Positions 38,593 through 64,000 of a stretch of 64,000 nt of DNA are shown here, piece after piece (positions within the stretch are counted from its first letter, which is position 1; each line of letters starts with the position of its first letter). The DNA is from Paraspadella gotoi. Its lineage: Eukaryota; Animalia; Chaetognatha. The position numbers and the translations under genes were made by a program. The stretch spans positions 16,036,532-16,100,531 of the forward strand of contig CM119263.1 of the NCBI GenBank assembly GCA_051294375.1, read 5' to 3'. Under the pieces are notes generated by a model. The model saw nothing but the letters and a program-made list of their open reading frames with translations. It made no database searches and was not told where the DNA came from.

Positions 38593-39632
38593 TAATCTCC
38601 CTCATCGCAAATTTTTCCCTATTCTAAAAAAAAACATTTTACTCTTATTCCTTCTGTTATTTTGTTTTCTCTCCCTCACGTCTTGCAACTTATCTCCCTT
38701 ATCGCGTCTCCCTTCATAATTTCTTTTTTCCCGTCGCTAAAAAAAAGAGCGCGTATCCTCCCTCCCTCCTCCCCAACCCCGCTAGCCTCCTCCCCCGCAG
38801 AAAGCTTTTTCGCCATGGCCAACAATTGTGTACAATCAACAACACCGAGTATCCGGTAATTTAGGTTATGAATAATTCATCCAAACGTTAAATCAGTTGT
38901 TCAGTCTCTCGGAAGTCGTAGGGACCGCGCCGAAAGTGGGAAAAAGATCAACGAAGCGAGCAAATCAGCAAGATCGCGATTACGACATCCGGGGGAAACA
39001 ACCAGCGAATCCGGGTTACGACGAATCGGACGTCGACACAACGATCGGGAAATCGAGAAATATGGAGTCGCCGCTTTATTTCTAATAGTTAAATTAAGCT
39101 TCAGAAAAACACGACTGGGAACTGCTAGATTTCCCCCCCTCCATATTCTTTCAGTTCTATTTTTCTACTCTTTCGCTCGCTTCCTTTCTTTTTTTTTTTT
39201 TTTTTTCTGCTTTTTATCTCCTTTCCCGTCTGACGCCGACATTATCGCGATCTGGGCGTATTTTTCCATGTCTTTGTTTTCGCTAGACTACCGGACTTTG
39301 TTGGCCGCATTTTCCGATCTCACCGACCATTCACGCCCCCCGATACATCTGCTTCAAACCTTACTCCGCAACTTTACCAGTGGACCGCCTCCTCGTTCGC
39401 CAATCTCCACTCAACTGTACTCCATCACTGGCCCCTTTACAAAACCTCTTATATCTTTCACTTATATTCTTACAAACAATCATCCACTCCTACTGTTCTT
39501 AGGTTTTATTTAAAAGAACATCTCCCCTCTCAGGTGTCACTTATTAATCCAACCTCAAGCTGGCACTTTTTTAGCTCGCCCCCTTCCACCCATTTCAGTC
39601 TAATCGTCGTCGCCATTATCTAGCACTAACTC

Positions 39633-39679
<47 letters not shown>

Positions 39680-39866
39680 TCTCTCCTCTCTCTCTCTCTC
39701 TGCTCTCCTAACGTCATTGACGACTTGTATCAGAAGCCTTTCAAAATATCCTTTTCGCCATGGTTTTATGTCGCCAAACTCTTCCTTCTCATTTCTTAGT
39801 TTCTCTCTTTTATGTTTTGTTTTTTCTTTCTTCTTGAACTCCTCCTTCTCTCTCTCTCATCTCTCG

Positions 39867-39900
<34 letters not shown>

Positions 39901-40132
39901 CTTCGCTTTAATCTTCTTAAAAAGATTTTCCTCTCTATGTACCTCAAGTTCGCCCTCCAGCGCCAAAAAACCAATTTTCCGTTCATAGCTCTGCTTTTGT
40001 ATTTTTCATCAGATATACTGACCTGTCGCGGTGCAGTGATTGATTACTGTAGATTATGTGATTTGCGATTTCTTCAATAATTTCCGCGTCCTACCAAAAA
40101 ATTTTAAAAATACTCCATCTCGGTCTTAATTT

Positions 40133-40164
<32 letters not shown>

Positions 40165-41426
40165 TTTCTGTGGTGGTCTAGACGAGTCTCGTCATTTTCC
40201 CCTCTAACNNNNNNNNNNNNNNNNNNNNNNNNNTTTTTTCCTCTTTTGTGCCCATTTCATAGTCTCCGCCCCGAGACTCTTTGGCGCCCATAAAAAGCGA
40301 CCGCGCCTTGAAACTTATTCGACCCAACTAACCTACCGTCATCTTCCCATCCTTCGTCCTCTTTATCTCCACCATCTTTGCCCTTCTTCCCACGCGGCCC
40401 TCGGGTGTTTTATCGATGATAGGTTTCGTTGATTCTTCCCACGTTCTTTGTCGCTCGAATCCCCACACAGCGGAATCGCGATTCTCCACACAGCGGAATC
40501 ACGATTCGGATTTCACTGATCATCGTACGGAGTATTCTTCTCGGTAGGAAGGGAAAGAGAGTGTGGGGATGTTAGCGGAGTGTTATTTCGTTAGAAAGGA
40601 AAAACAGTAAAAACTACAAAACGAGAAATGTCACTCCGTTGTCCCTTCGAGGCCCAGTCAGTGAGAAGAGCTACCTCCTGCGCTCACCAGCATCGAAAAA
40701 GAGTCGACAACATGGGACAACGATCTGTACTTTTCTTTTAGTTTTACAGAATGGGTCCAAAACACTGATATTTGAGGCGGGTTTGGATATAACTCCATAC
40801 CCCGAGGTCTTGAGCTGATTGGCTTTACTCAATGAGCCACTGGGTCACGACTCATGAAAACCTGCGGGCTGAACCTATTCAATGACCACTTCGTTTGTCT
40901 TCACTCGTATTTTTCCTATTCTAAGTCCTCTTCTCAGATTACCCCCGGCAGAAATTAGACTTTCCAAACTTGGGAATTTTTATTCGATTTTTTTTTTCTA
41001 ACTTTCCCGACTCCATTTTTTTCCCTTTTTCCAATATATACGTATCCCCGTCGTTTCATCCAATTGCACCTTCCACATTCTCTCGTTTTTTCTCATTCTT
41101 CACTCTTGCTTCGCTCCCGTGCGACGATAAAATTTAGATGCTAATTGGAAAAACATTGAAAATGGAAATTAGTCTCAGACGCTAAACCCGTCTATGTAAA
41201 CAAAAAAACGGGACGGCTTACCCTAGTTTTTCTTTCCTTTATTTTTTACCTTAGTTTCCAATGTTTCCAATACAAAAAAAATATCTTTTTTTAACAGAAT
41301 ATTAAAAAAACTTTTAAAAAAATATAGTTATAACCAAATATTAAAAAGTTTAAAATTTATTTACTTGACCAATGACCATTGTATTAAAAGTATATTTTCC
41401 CCCACTCTTCCCTCTCTACCACGCAG

Positions 41427-56571
<15,145 letters not shown>

Positions 56572-57842
56572 GTAATTTTGGAACTTGGAAAAAAGAAGCT
56601 TCGTGAGAGCATGAAAATAGCGAGATGCGCAATGACGGCAAGACACGTCTACTCCCTCTTCCCTTCTATCACTCGCTTTTCTTGTTTCTCCAAGCTTGGC
56701 GTCTATTTTTTTCTGTTTTGTATAATCATCCCGGTCGATCTCCTTTTGTTTTGGCATTGTCATTTCAGTTTTTTGTCGTTGTTGCGACACTGTCGATTAC
56801 TGTTGGAATGCAAGTCGCTCGTTGACCGAACATTGTCGTGAGCTTTTGTTAGTTACCGAAAGAAAACGCACTTCGCCTCAATATAAACACCGTCGCTGAA
56901 TACTGAAACTTAAAAAGCTGTCGAAGATAGATGTTCGGCGCTCACGAATCGTTGGCTTCTATTTTTTTTTTTTTTTTTACCCTTTGTTCTAAATATCATA
57001 TATAAACAATAGCTTCGTTATCCCCAACCACCGCTTTTATTCGTTTAGAAATAACCTTTCGGAAAAAAAAACTGGCCTCCGTGGACGGGTTCCGCCAATG
57101 CAACGGAGTTTTGTTTTTCCCCTCTGTTCATCGTCGTCTTCGTCGTCGTTTTTCCTTGTTTGTACAGTCATCCGTTTTGTTTATTTTGTTTTGTTTTGTT
57201 TATTTATTTGAAAACTATAATATATCAGGTTTTTAACCATCAATAAATAAAATCCCAGATGAATAAAAAAATACTCGATGACTCACTACCTAAAAAAGGA
57301 ATTTTTTTTAAAAAGTTTATCGTTTGTTTTTTAAACCACATCGAGAGTTTGTACCTTCATCGGCGCCCTCAGCTATTGCAAGCCCACACCTCAAAATCTC
57401 ATTCTCGATCTTCACGCCCTCTTCGCCAGACTCTTCTCTCGCTCTCTTGAGCTCTTTCTTCTCTACTCCAGAGTGTGGACCAAGCAATGAATTTTCTCCA
57501 TCGCCGTAAATCCTTTCCTTTCCTTTTATCCTTAGCTCTTCTTCCTTCTCCTCTGCGCCCCTTACCTCCGCACCCCGACCCCCGAACTCGGGGATCATCC
57601 AATCGAAAAATCAGCTTTAGAGAACCACCATTGTTGCTCCCGCAGGACGGCGGCGACGTAGAGGGGGGAAGGGGGCGGGGAGGAGACAGAAAAAGGCGAG
57701 GGAGACAAGAGTATGGAGAGAGAAGTTGCGGGACACAAATCGCACGGATTTTTTTTTTCGCTGTCTTTTTTGACTTGTCACTCTGTCCCTCACTTGGTAA
57801 AGAGCAACGACAACAAATGTCAGTCTGTCGATGTGTGTGTGT

Positions 57843-58084
<242 letters not shown>

Positions 58085-59706
58085 GATCTCTTCCTAATTC
58101 GTCTTGTATCGAAGGAGAGAATTAATCTGACAGAGAGGGAGTCACTTCCATCGTGGTCGGTCCTCTCTCCGTCGCCCTCCCTTTCGCTTCCATTATGAAT
58201 TTATTTAGAACTTCGGCCGGGACCCGGATCTAAGTTTTTCTGTACTTTGATCTCTGGCCTACTTTGTCCCAGTCCTCTGGGCGATAGTTTTAGCTTCACT
58301 CTGTCTTCGTGCAACATTGCTCCAGTAGTTTCACTGGCTTTAGTTAAATGTTTAATATTTCTAGTAAATAGAATAAAGAGGTGTAGCATACAAGTACAAC
58401 AATTATTTCTCTCTCCCAAATAGAATATTTTTTCTCTTGCAGTTTTCCTTTCAATCGTTCGATAAAATCTCGAGCGAAATTTGAATATTAATCTCCGAGT
58501 AATGAAAACAGTATTTGAATAAAAATAGAAATGAATATTCATCTTCCGCACGCTTACGCATGGGTGGATAAAAAAAAATGGTTGACAAAAAAAAATGTCA
58601 ACATTCTCATCTCCGTTCTGGGGAGCCCGTACAATTTTTTTTTCCGAGTTATAAAATTCAACACTTGGCAGCTTAGAATCACTTTTTTTTTAGTTTATCA
58701 CTAGGGGTTACAATAATAACCCAAAAGTTGATACCAACAAAACAACTAGAAAAAAAAATCTAAAACAGTTTTCCGAATCGCGAAGAAACATATTCATCCC
58801 TGGCCAGAGTCCACTCCCTCGTTATTCCAAGTCAAACCTTAACCATTCCTTGCATAATGTTTTCTCACGATTTTCTCAAGGGTGCCGACGCAGCCGACTT
58901 TCCGACGTTGCCGATTCGGCCGACATTGCCGACACGGTCGCCACGGCCACCCGAGTAGTTCTTATCCTTTTTCTAACTTTTGGGCAAATCGGCCACGCCG
59001 GAGACGGCAGAGAGACGCCAGAGAAAATTGCTTCAGAATTGCAATGGGATTTTTTTTAGTGTAGACTGCGGAGGCACGGGGGGGAAGGGACCAATGGTGT
59101 GATGGTGTGGAAAGAGTGTTACGGATTGAACGGGCCTCAGATGGCTTAGACGGAAAAGGCTTGCTTTGTAAATGCGATTGAGATGATTTAGACTTGGTCC
59201 CGGTCCTAAAAGGACGACCTGTACCAAGCCAGGAGACCGACCACGTTCTTAGACTTCCCAGTGCGTCTGTCTCACCCTTTCACCTGGAAAAAAAAGTCAC
59301 ACGGGAAAGCGAAATCACTTTTATGTCTTTTATTACGACGAAATTTCGGTGAAAAACGACGACGACAGAGACGACGACCAAAAGGACGACAACGTCGAGG
59401 AGAAACAAATCATTTTTCCGTCCATTATTCTAAAATCTTTTTTCCTCTTTTTTTTTTTTTTCCTTCTACTTTTTTTTTTTATGCCATCAAATTTATCGAT
59501 GACCGAAAGTAAAAACGTCAGTCGGGAAAAGAGTTTCCGCTCATAAGTCAAAAGACGACCGAGACTTCCAAGCGCCCCGGTGCCCTGCTTGGTTGCTTGT
59601 TTACTTGTACCCAACGTTACGCCGCCTCCTTTTCAAATTCCCTTGCAAAAAATTATGGAAGTGGAGAATTCTATTTTCATATTTTATACTGCATGGCATT
59701 ATTTTC

Positions 59707-59752
<46 letters not shown>

Positions 59753-59819
59753 TTCAATATTTCGCGCCTCTTAGTGAACGAGAACATTTGAAAAAAGGCC
59801 TGATTCTTCTCCCCCAACT

Positions 59820-59996
59820 TCATAAAGCATTGCATGATGTCGTTAGCGTCGGAGTCATTGGCGTCGGCGTCCCTGTTGTCTGGGTGACTTCGGGGACATT
59901 TGCTTCGTCGTTGTCATTCGTGGAGGCGTCCTTGAACAATTTGACGCGAAAATAATCCGGGGTGTATCTGTCGCCAAATTCGCGTTGAATTTCCAT
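59820..59996 (-). CDS. Short candidate coding segment (MEIQREFGDRYTPDYFRVKLFKDASTNDNDEANVPEVTQTTGTPTPMTPTLTTSCNAL*)
   Basis: 58-codon open frame with protein-like composition; no convincing acceptor or linked exons. Confidence 0.2.
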   Translation of the reverse strand: MEIQREFGDRYTPDYFRVKLFKDASTNDNDEANVPEVTQTTGTPTPMTPTLTTSCNAL

Positions 59997-60177
59997 ATTT
60001 TGAGCGTCTCCTGATGCTCGGTCGTTTCTCCATTAAAATCCCATTTTTTTTGCTCATTACCGAACGATTGTGCCGCGGTGACGCTGTGACAGAAAAACGA
60101 AATGATCGAGCGATCCTTGCTTATGGAAATTACGAGAAGGAAAATACGATCGATAGGATGCTGATTGATATTCCTAG

Positions 60178-60373
60178 GCGAAGACAGAAATGAGTCGTGC
60201 CATAATGCCACATTTGGGTACAATGTCATTGAGGGTGATCAATCGAGGATGAAGAAGCCGTGCCCTTTCCAGCGAGAAGAAAGAGATACAGTTTTATATG
60301 AGACGGCGCTAAGGAGTTTCTGGCTTTTGGCGGGAAGCTGTTTTAAAGAAAGCGAAGATCTTAAACGGCCGAA
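60178..60373 (+). CDS. Isolated candidate exon (EDRNESCHNATFGYNVIEGDQSRMKKPCPFQREERDTVLYETALRSFWLLAGSCFKESEDLKRP)
   Basis: ttcctag acceptor, GTGAGT donor, open across 196 nt; not linked to other exons. Confidence 0.3.
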
Positions 60374-62493
60374 GTGAGTTCCTTTGTTGGATTCGGGTTC
60401 TCATGAGTCGGCGGAAATGTAGGTCGCCGGGTTTCCGTTGTTTACTTGCAATGAGGAAAAGCATTTCTCGCTTCTCGACAGTCGCCTTTCCATCTCCTAC
60501 TCTCCCTCACTCTCCTCCCATTGTTCGCCCCCTCCTCCTACCGCAATGTCAATTACCTTTCTCGATGGTTAATCCGCTCTTGACACGGATTCGTTACCGC
60601 GAGTCCAATGCCGTCAGAATTTGATTAAGAACCGCTGTAACTGTTCTACTCGTAGCCTCTTAATTCGAGGCAACTTAACTTCTGCTTGCAAATAATTACG
60701 ATACTAGTACCTCGATCGTACAGCAACAAACGGAAAGCACAGTTAAGAGACGCCAGTGCCACAGACCTGCCACTATCGATCCGGCAGCCGGATAAACGAG
60801 CAGCGACCGCCGAGTTTTTCGTCTTTTATCGTCGCGTAAAAAATCCGCGTCGTGATTCCGACGCAAATCGTCGGATCTCAGGCGGCGACTTTGGATTTGC
60901 GTTGGAAAAGAAAAGAAAAAAAAAAGATGGGGATGGAGTTTGGAATCGAACGCGGAACTTCCTTAACGATAATTGTTAACCGAATAGACTTGTTATATTC
61001 CACCAAAACTCGAGGTGCCATGTCATTCTTAGTTTATCCTTTCTTTCCTTCGTAGTTGGCCACGCCCCCCTTTAGTTCGTCCCCTTCGCGGTTTTCCGCC
61101 CATAACCGCCGCCATATCCGTTCCATAAACCAAACCCATATCTGTTGTAATCCGCGTAACGAGGAAATATTTGGGAGAGATTTCGTCTCACATCTCGAGT
61201 CCCATCTCCACGTCCTCGAGATTTTTTGGGCGGCCGAATCGGGAGGGCGGGAGAGGATAAGTTGGAAGTGTTAGCACGATTCAACGGGAATATATTCATG
61301 TGACATACATTTCGTTTATATAGATGCTTTTATTTTTAAAAGAAACTGATTTTTTAAAATTTTCTCGGTGATCGAACAGTTTAACCATTTAACTGCAGCA
61401 TTTATAACATGGTACAATTTTAAAAATAAGTTATAAAATTCGTTTAATTCGTCATCGTTGAATCGATATTCAAAAAAAAAAAACCGATAGTCCTTCTGCG
61501 CCTTTTTCTTCGCCCAACATCATTTACGCCCGATGATTAATGAAAAACGAGCTTGATAAGCAAAAAAAGTTACTCTCGCTTATCTTTCGCAACATCACTT
61601 CGTCATCTTGGTGACATCATCAAAAATTCCAGTTAGTGACGGAGACGCCGGCTTCGGCGGGATGACGGCCCCGTCGGGGCTTCTTGCCCATTTCTCTTTT
61701 CATGTCGAAGTTGTTGTGTTTCTTCTTGATTTCCTCCCAAACGCGGTCTCACTTTTTGCACGCCCTGTGCTCTTCTTTCTACTCGCCATATCAAACTGCG
61801 CGTGCATGTATGTTTGCGGCTTTTCTCCAGATATTTTTATTTCTTTTTTTTCTTTTCTCCTTCGAAAATGCACAGAAAAGGCTTCTGCTAGATTTTGCTT
61901 CGTTGTACTTTTTTTCCTCCTTTTTTCTTATTTCTTGATTCATCCTCTCCTTTTCTTCGGCGTCTGATGGTCATTCCCTTCCATCGACCTCTCCTTCATT
62001 TTTTTCTTCGTGTATCTTTGCAACGCCCGTTCTGCTACCCCCCCCCCCGCGTTCGCTCTCCGGACGAGCGGTCGACTTTCACCTCCTTACTTTTAATACT
62101 TCGCATTTACATTTACTTTTTTTTTCTCTTTATCACGAAATACTTTTTTCCTTTTTTAGTCATTAAATCTAATTCCGTCTCTCCCTTTACTCGATCTTTG
62201 TTTGGGTCTGGTTGTCTCTCCGGGTTAGTTTGCTTAATTTCGCCTCTTTATATAATTTTTCTACTTCCCAAATTTTATCATTTTTCCTGCGCCTCTCTTT
62301 TTTCGCCTCTTTTTTTTTTAATGAGACTTCTCTCCCGTTTTACTTTCCTTTCACAGAAAGAAATCTCTATTCTATCTTTCTCCATTATTTCACTCCTAAC
62401 TTCCCTCGCTCTCAAAATTGTAGTGTCCTCTGACTCATTAGTAATTTGGAGGCGTTTATCGAAGAGCCGATCTTTCCCGCTTCCTCCAATATA

Positions 62494-62731
62494 TTACGGC
62501 AACAGCCTTGTTGATTGTGATGCCTATTGGGATGGGGCATCTCACTGTTGGCTTTGGGGTCTTCCTACCCTCAGCTACGCCTCCTATCACTGGCGCGCTT
62601 ACGCTAGGACAGTCTCGCTTTGACAACGCAGAGGGAAGTCGTTAGGACGTATGGGAATGGTGCATTCCCCCTCTGAGCCAATGGGATTGGCTGAACGATG
62701 ATGGATGTGAAGCGGTGTGAATATACCGCCA
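62494..62731 (+). mobile_element. Same structured element, independent locus B (238 nt)
   Basis: Perfect 7-bp direct repeat CAATATA at 62487-62493 and 62732-62738; ends TTACGGCAACAG...ATACCGCCA; hairpins include GGGAATG-gtg-CATTCCC (62653-62669) and AGCCAAT-ggg-ATTGGCT (62676-62692). Confidence 0.75.
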
Positions 62732-63566
62732 CAATATACGAATTTCATTCTTTCCCCTTCCCTACTATCTTTCCCCTCCTTTCTTTCATTCCCCCTCTCC
62801 CCTCCTCAATCTCTGCCTGGGATTTTGCCAAAGAATTCAGGTTTTCCTGGGCGAGGCGCTTTCGGCTCTGAGCACGTACGGCGCGGTCCTCTGTATTCTG
62901 GGGTCATGATGACTGCCATCGGGATTTGCGGATGCGCGTAAAAAGCAGTGGCAACCATTGACAAACGAGTGGCAGCTTAGTGGCAGCTATCTCATAAAAC
63001 TGGTCGAATTGTTGTGAGGATATACAGTTAAGTTATTATATAATGATTATGATCTTCAATTCGTTTAGAGATTCAATTTAAGGAAAATGGGAAAAAAATA
63101 TACAATTTGATTTTGCTACTATACTTAGTTTTTTTTGTTTAATTTATAATTTAGATTACAGTGGCATGTAACTTTTTTTCTGAAACTCTTTTGTTTACTG
63201 GAAGCAAATTTCCAGGTGGCGCTGATTAAGGATTCATAACGAAAGCTTTTTTTTTTTGCTTGCTTTCTTTGGGTGAGAAGCAGCTGAATTATACTAACTG
63301 TTGACAAATAAGCGTTGGTTTAGTACTGTTGAAGTTTGAGTCTACGTCAGCTCAGTCTCAGTTTCCTTTTTTTTCATTTTCATCTCTTTCATTAACTCTT
63401 ATCTTTCTCTTTTCTCTTTTTTATCTCGCATTCAAGCTCTCTCTTCGTTTCTTTCCCCATATCACCNNNNNNNNNNNNNNNNNNNNNNNNNTCTCTCTCC
63501 TCCTCTCTCTTCTCATTTTTTTCTCTCATCTGCTCTCTCTTTTTTCCCTCCCTGCCTCTCTTTCTT

Positions 63567-63624
<58 letters not shown>

Positions 63625-64000
63625 ATTGTTCTCTCTCTATTTCTCTCTCCCTCTCTCTCTCTTCTCTCTCTCTCTCCCTCCCTCTTCTCTCTCTCCCTCC
63701 CTCTCTCTCTCTCTCACCCCTCTCTCTCTCTCTTCCCTCTCTCTCTCTCATCCTTTGTCTCTCCCACTCAGCGTCTCCCAGTCTCTCTCCTTTTCTCGTT
63801 TCGGGATGGCACCGTCAGACGCCGTCCCACCCCCGCCTCATCTCTTGCTGTCGGAGAGCGATGTTCACTTTTTACCGGGAGCCGTTTATAACCGGCCTCC
63901 ATTCTTTTCCGTTGCACAATCTCCTTCTCCTCCTCCTCCTCCTCCCCTCCTCTTCTTGTTCTTTCCTCCGCATCCTTGCTCCTCCTCTTCCTCCTCGTTC

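Noticed and set aside
59194-59228. Nested hairpin cttggt…gtcc-taaaa-ggac…accaag
   Set aside because: Single copy, no TSD or recognisable RNA motif; not enough support.
61600-61810. Protein-like short minus-strand frames (e.g. RVWEEIKKKHNNFDMKREMGKK)
   Set aside because: All three frames are short, with no coherent splice sites.
62575-62600. HDV-ribozyme-like CGCC-TCCTATCACT-GGCG resembling P3/L3
   Set aside because: The loop is not conserved in locus A (TGCCACT) and I could not build P1, P1.1, P2 or J4/2; no hammerhead CUGANGA/GAAA core either.
61895-62623. 242-aa + strand ORF ending within the structured element
   Set aside because: T-rich low-complexity frame; the equivalent frame has stops in the locus-A copies.
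63213-63224. CTCF-like core CAGGTGGCGCT
   Set aside because: Partial single match, expected by chance in 64 kb.

Overview
Eukaryotic, probably invertebrate animal, draft-assembly sequence: AT-rich GT-AG introns, many (AG)n/(TTTA)n microsatellites and eight N-gaps. About two-thirds of the window is duplicated. An ~11 kb tandem duplication (1-10872 vs 11159-22146) and an ~8 kb-arm fold-back inverted repeat (25388-33656 vs 33776-45032) have copies that differ by dense 1-nt indels plus a few discrete indels, most consistent with noisy long-read gap filling and/or co-assembled haplotypes. Best-supported genes: (1) a + strand multi-exon coiled-coil gene (at least 41427-56571); (2) nested antisense in one of its introns, a complete 4-exon, 535-aa gene with an N-terminal hydrophobic segment and an HHxxxDG motif (condensation-domain/alcohol acetyltransferase-like; 52105-54333). 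Small mobile elements: a hAT-type MITE with 8-bp TSD, a TA-flanked MITE and an 848-bp TIR element present in only one of three copies. The most intriguing signal is an unrecognised ~220-240 nt hairpin-rich element at two independent loci (7662-7881/19031-19248 and 62494-62731), with shared ends, 6-7 bp target-site duplications and substitutions that preserve G-U pairs on one strand only. No rRNA, intact tRNA or CRISPR array was seen. All alignments and folds were done by eye.
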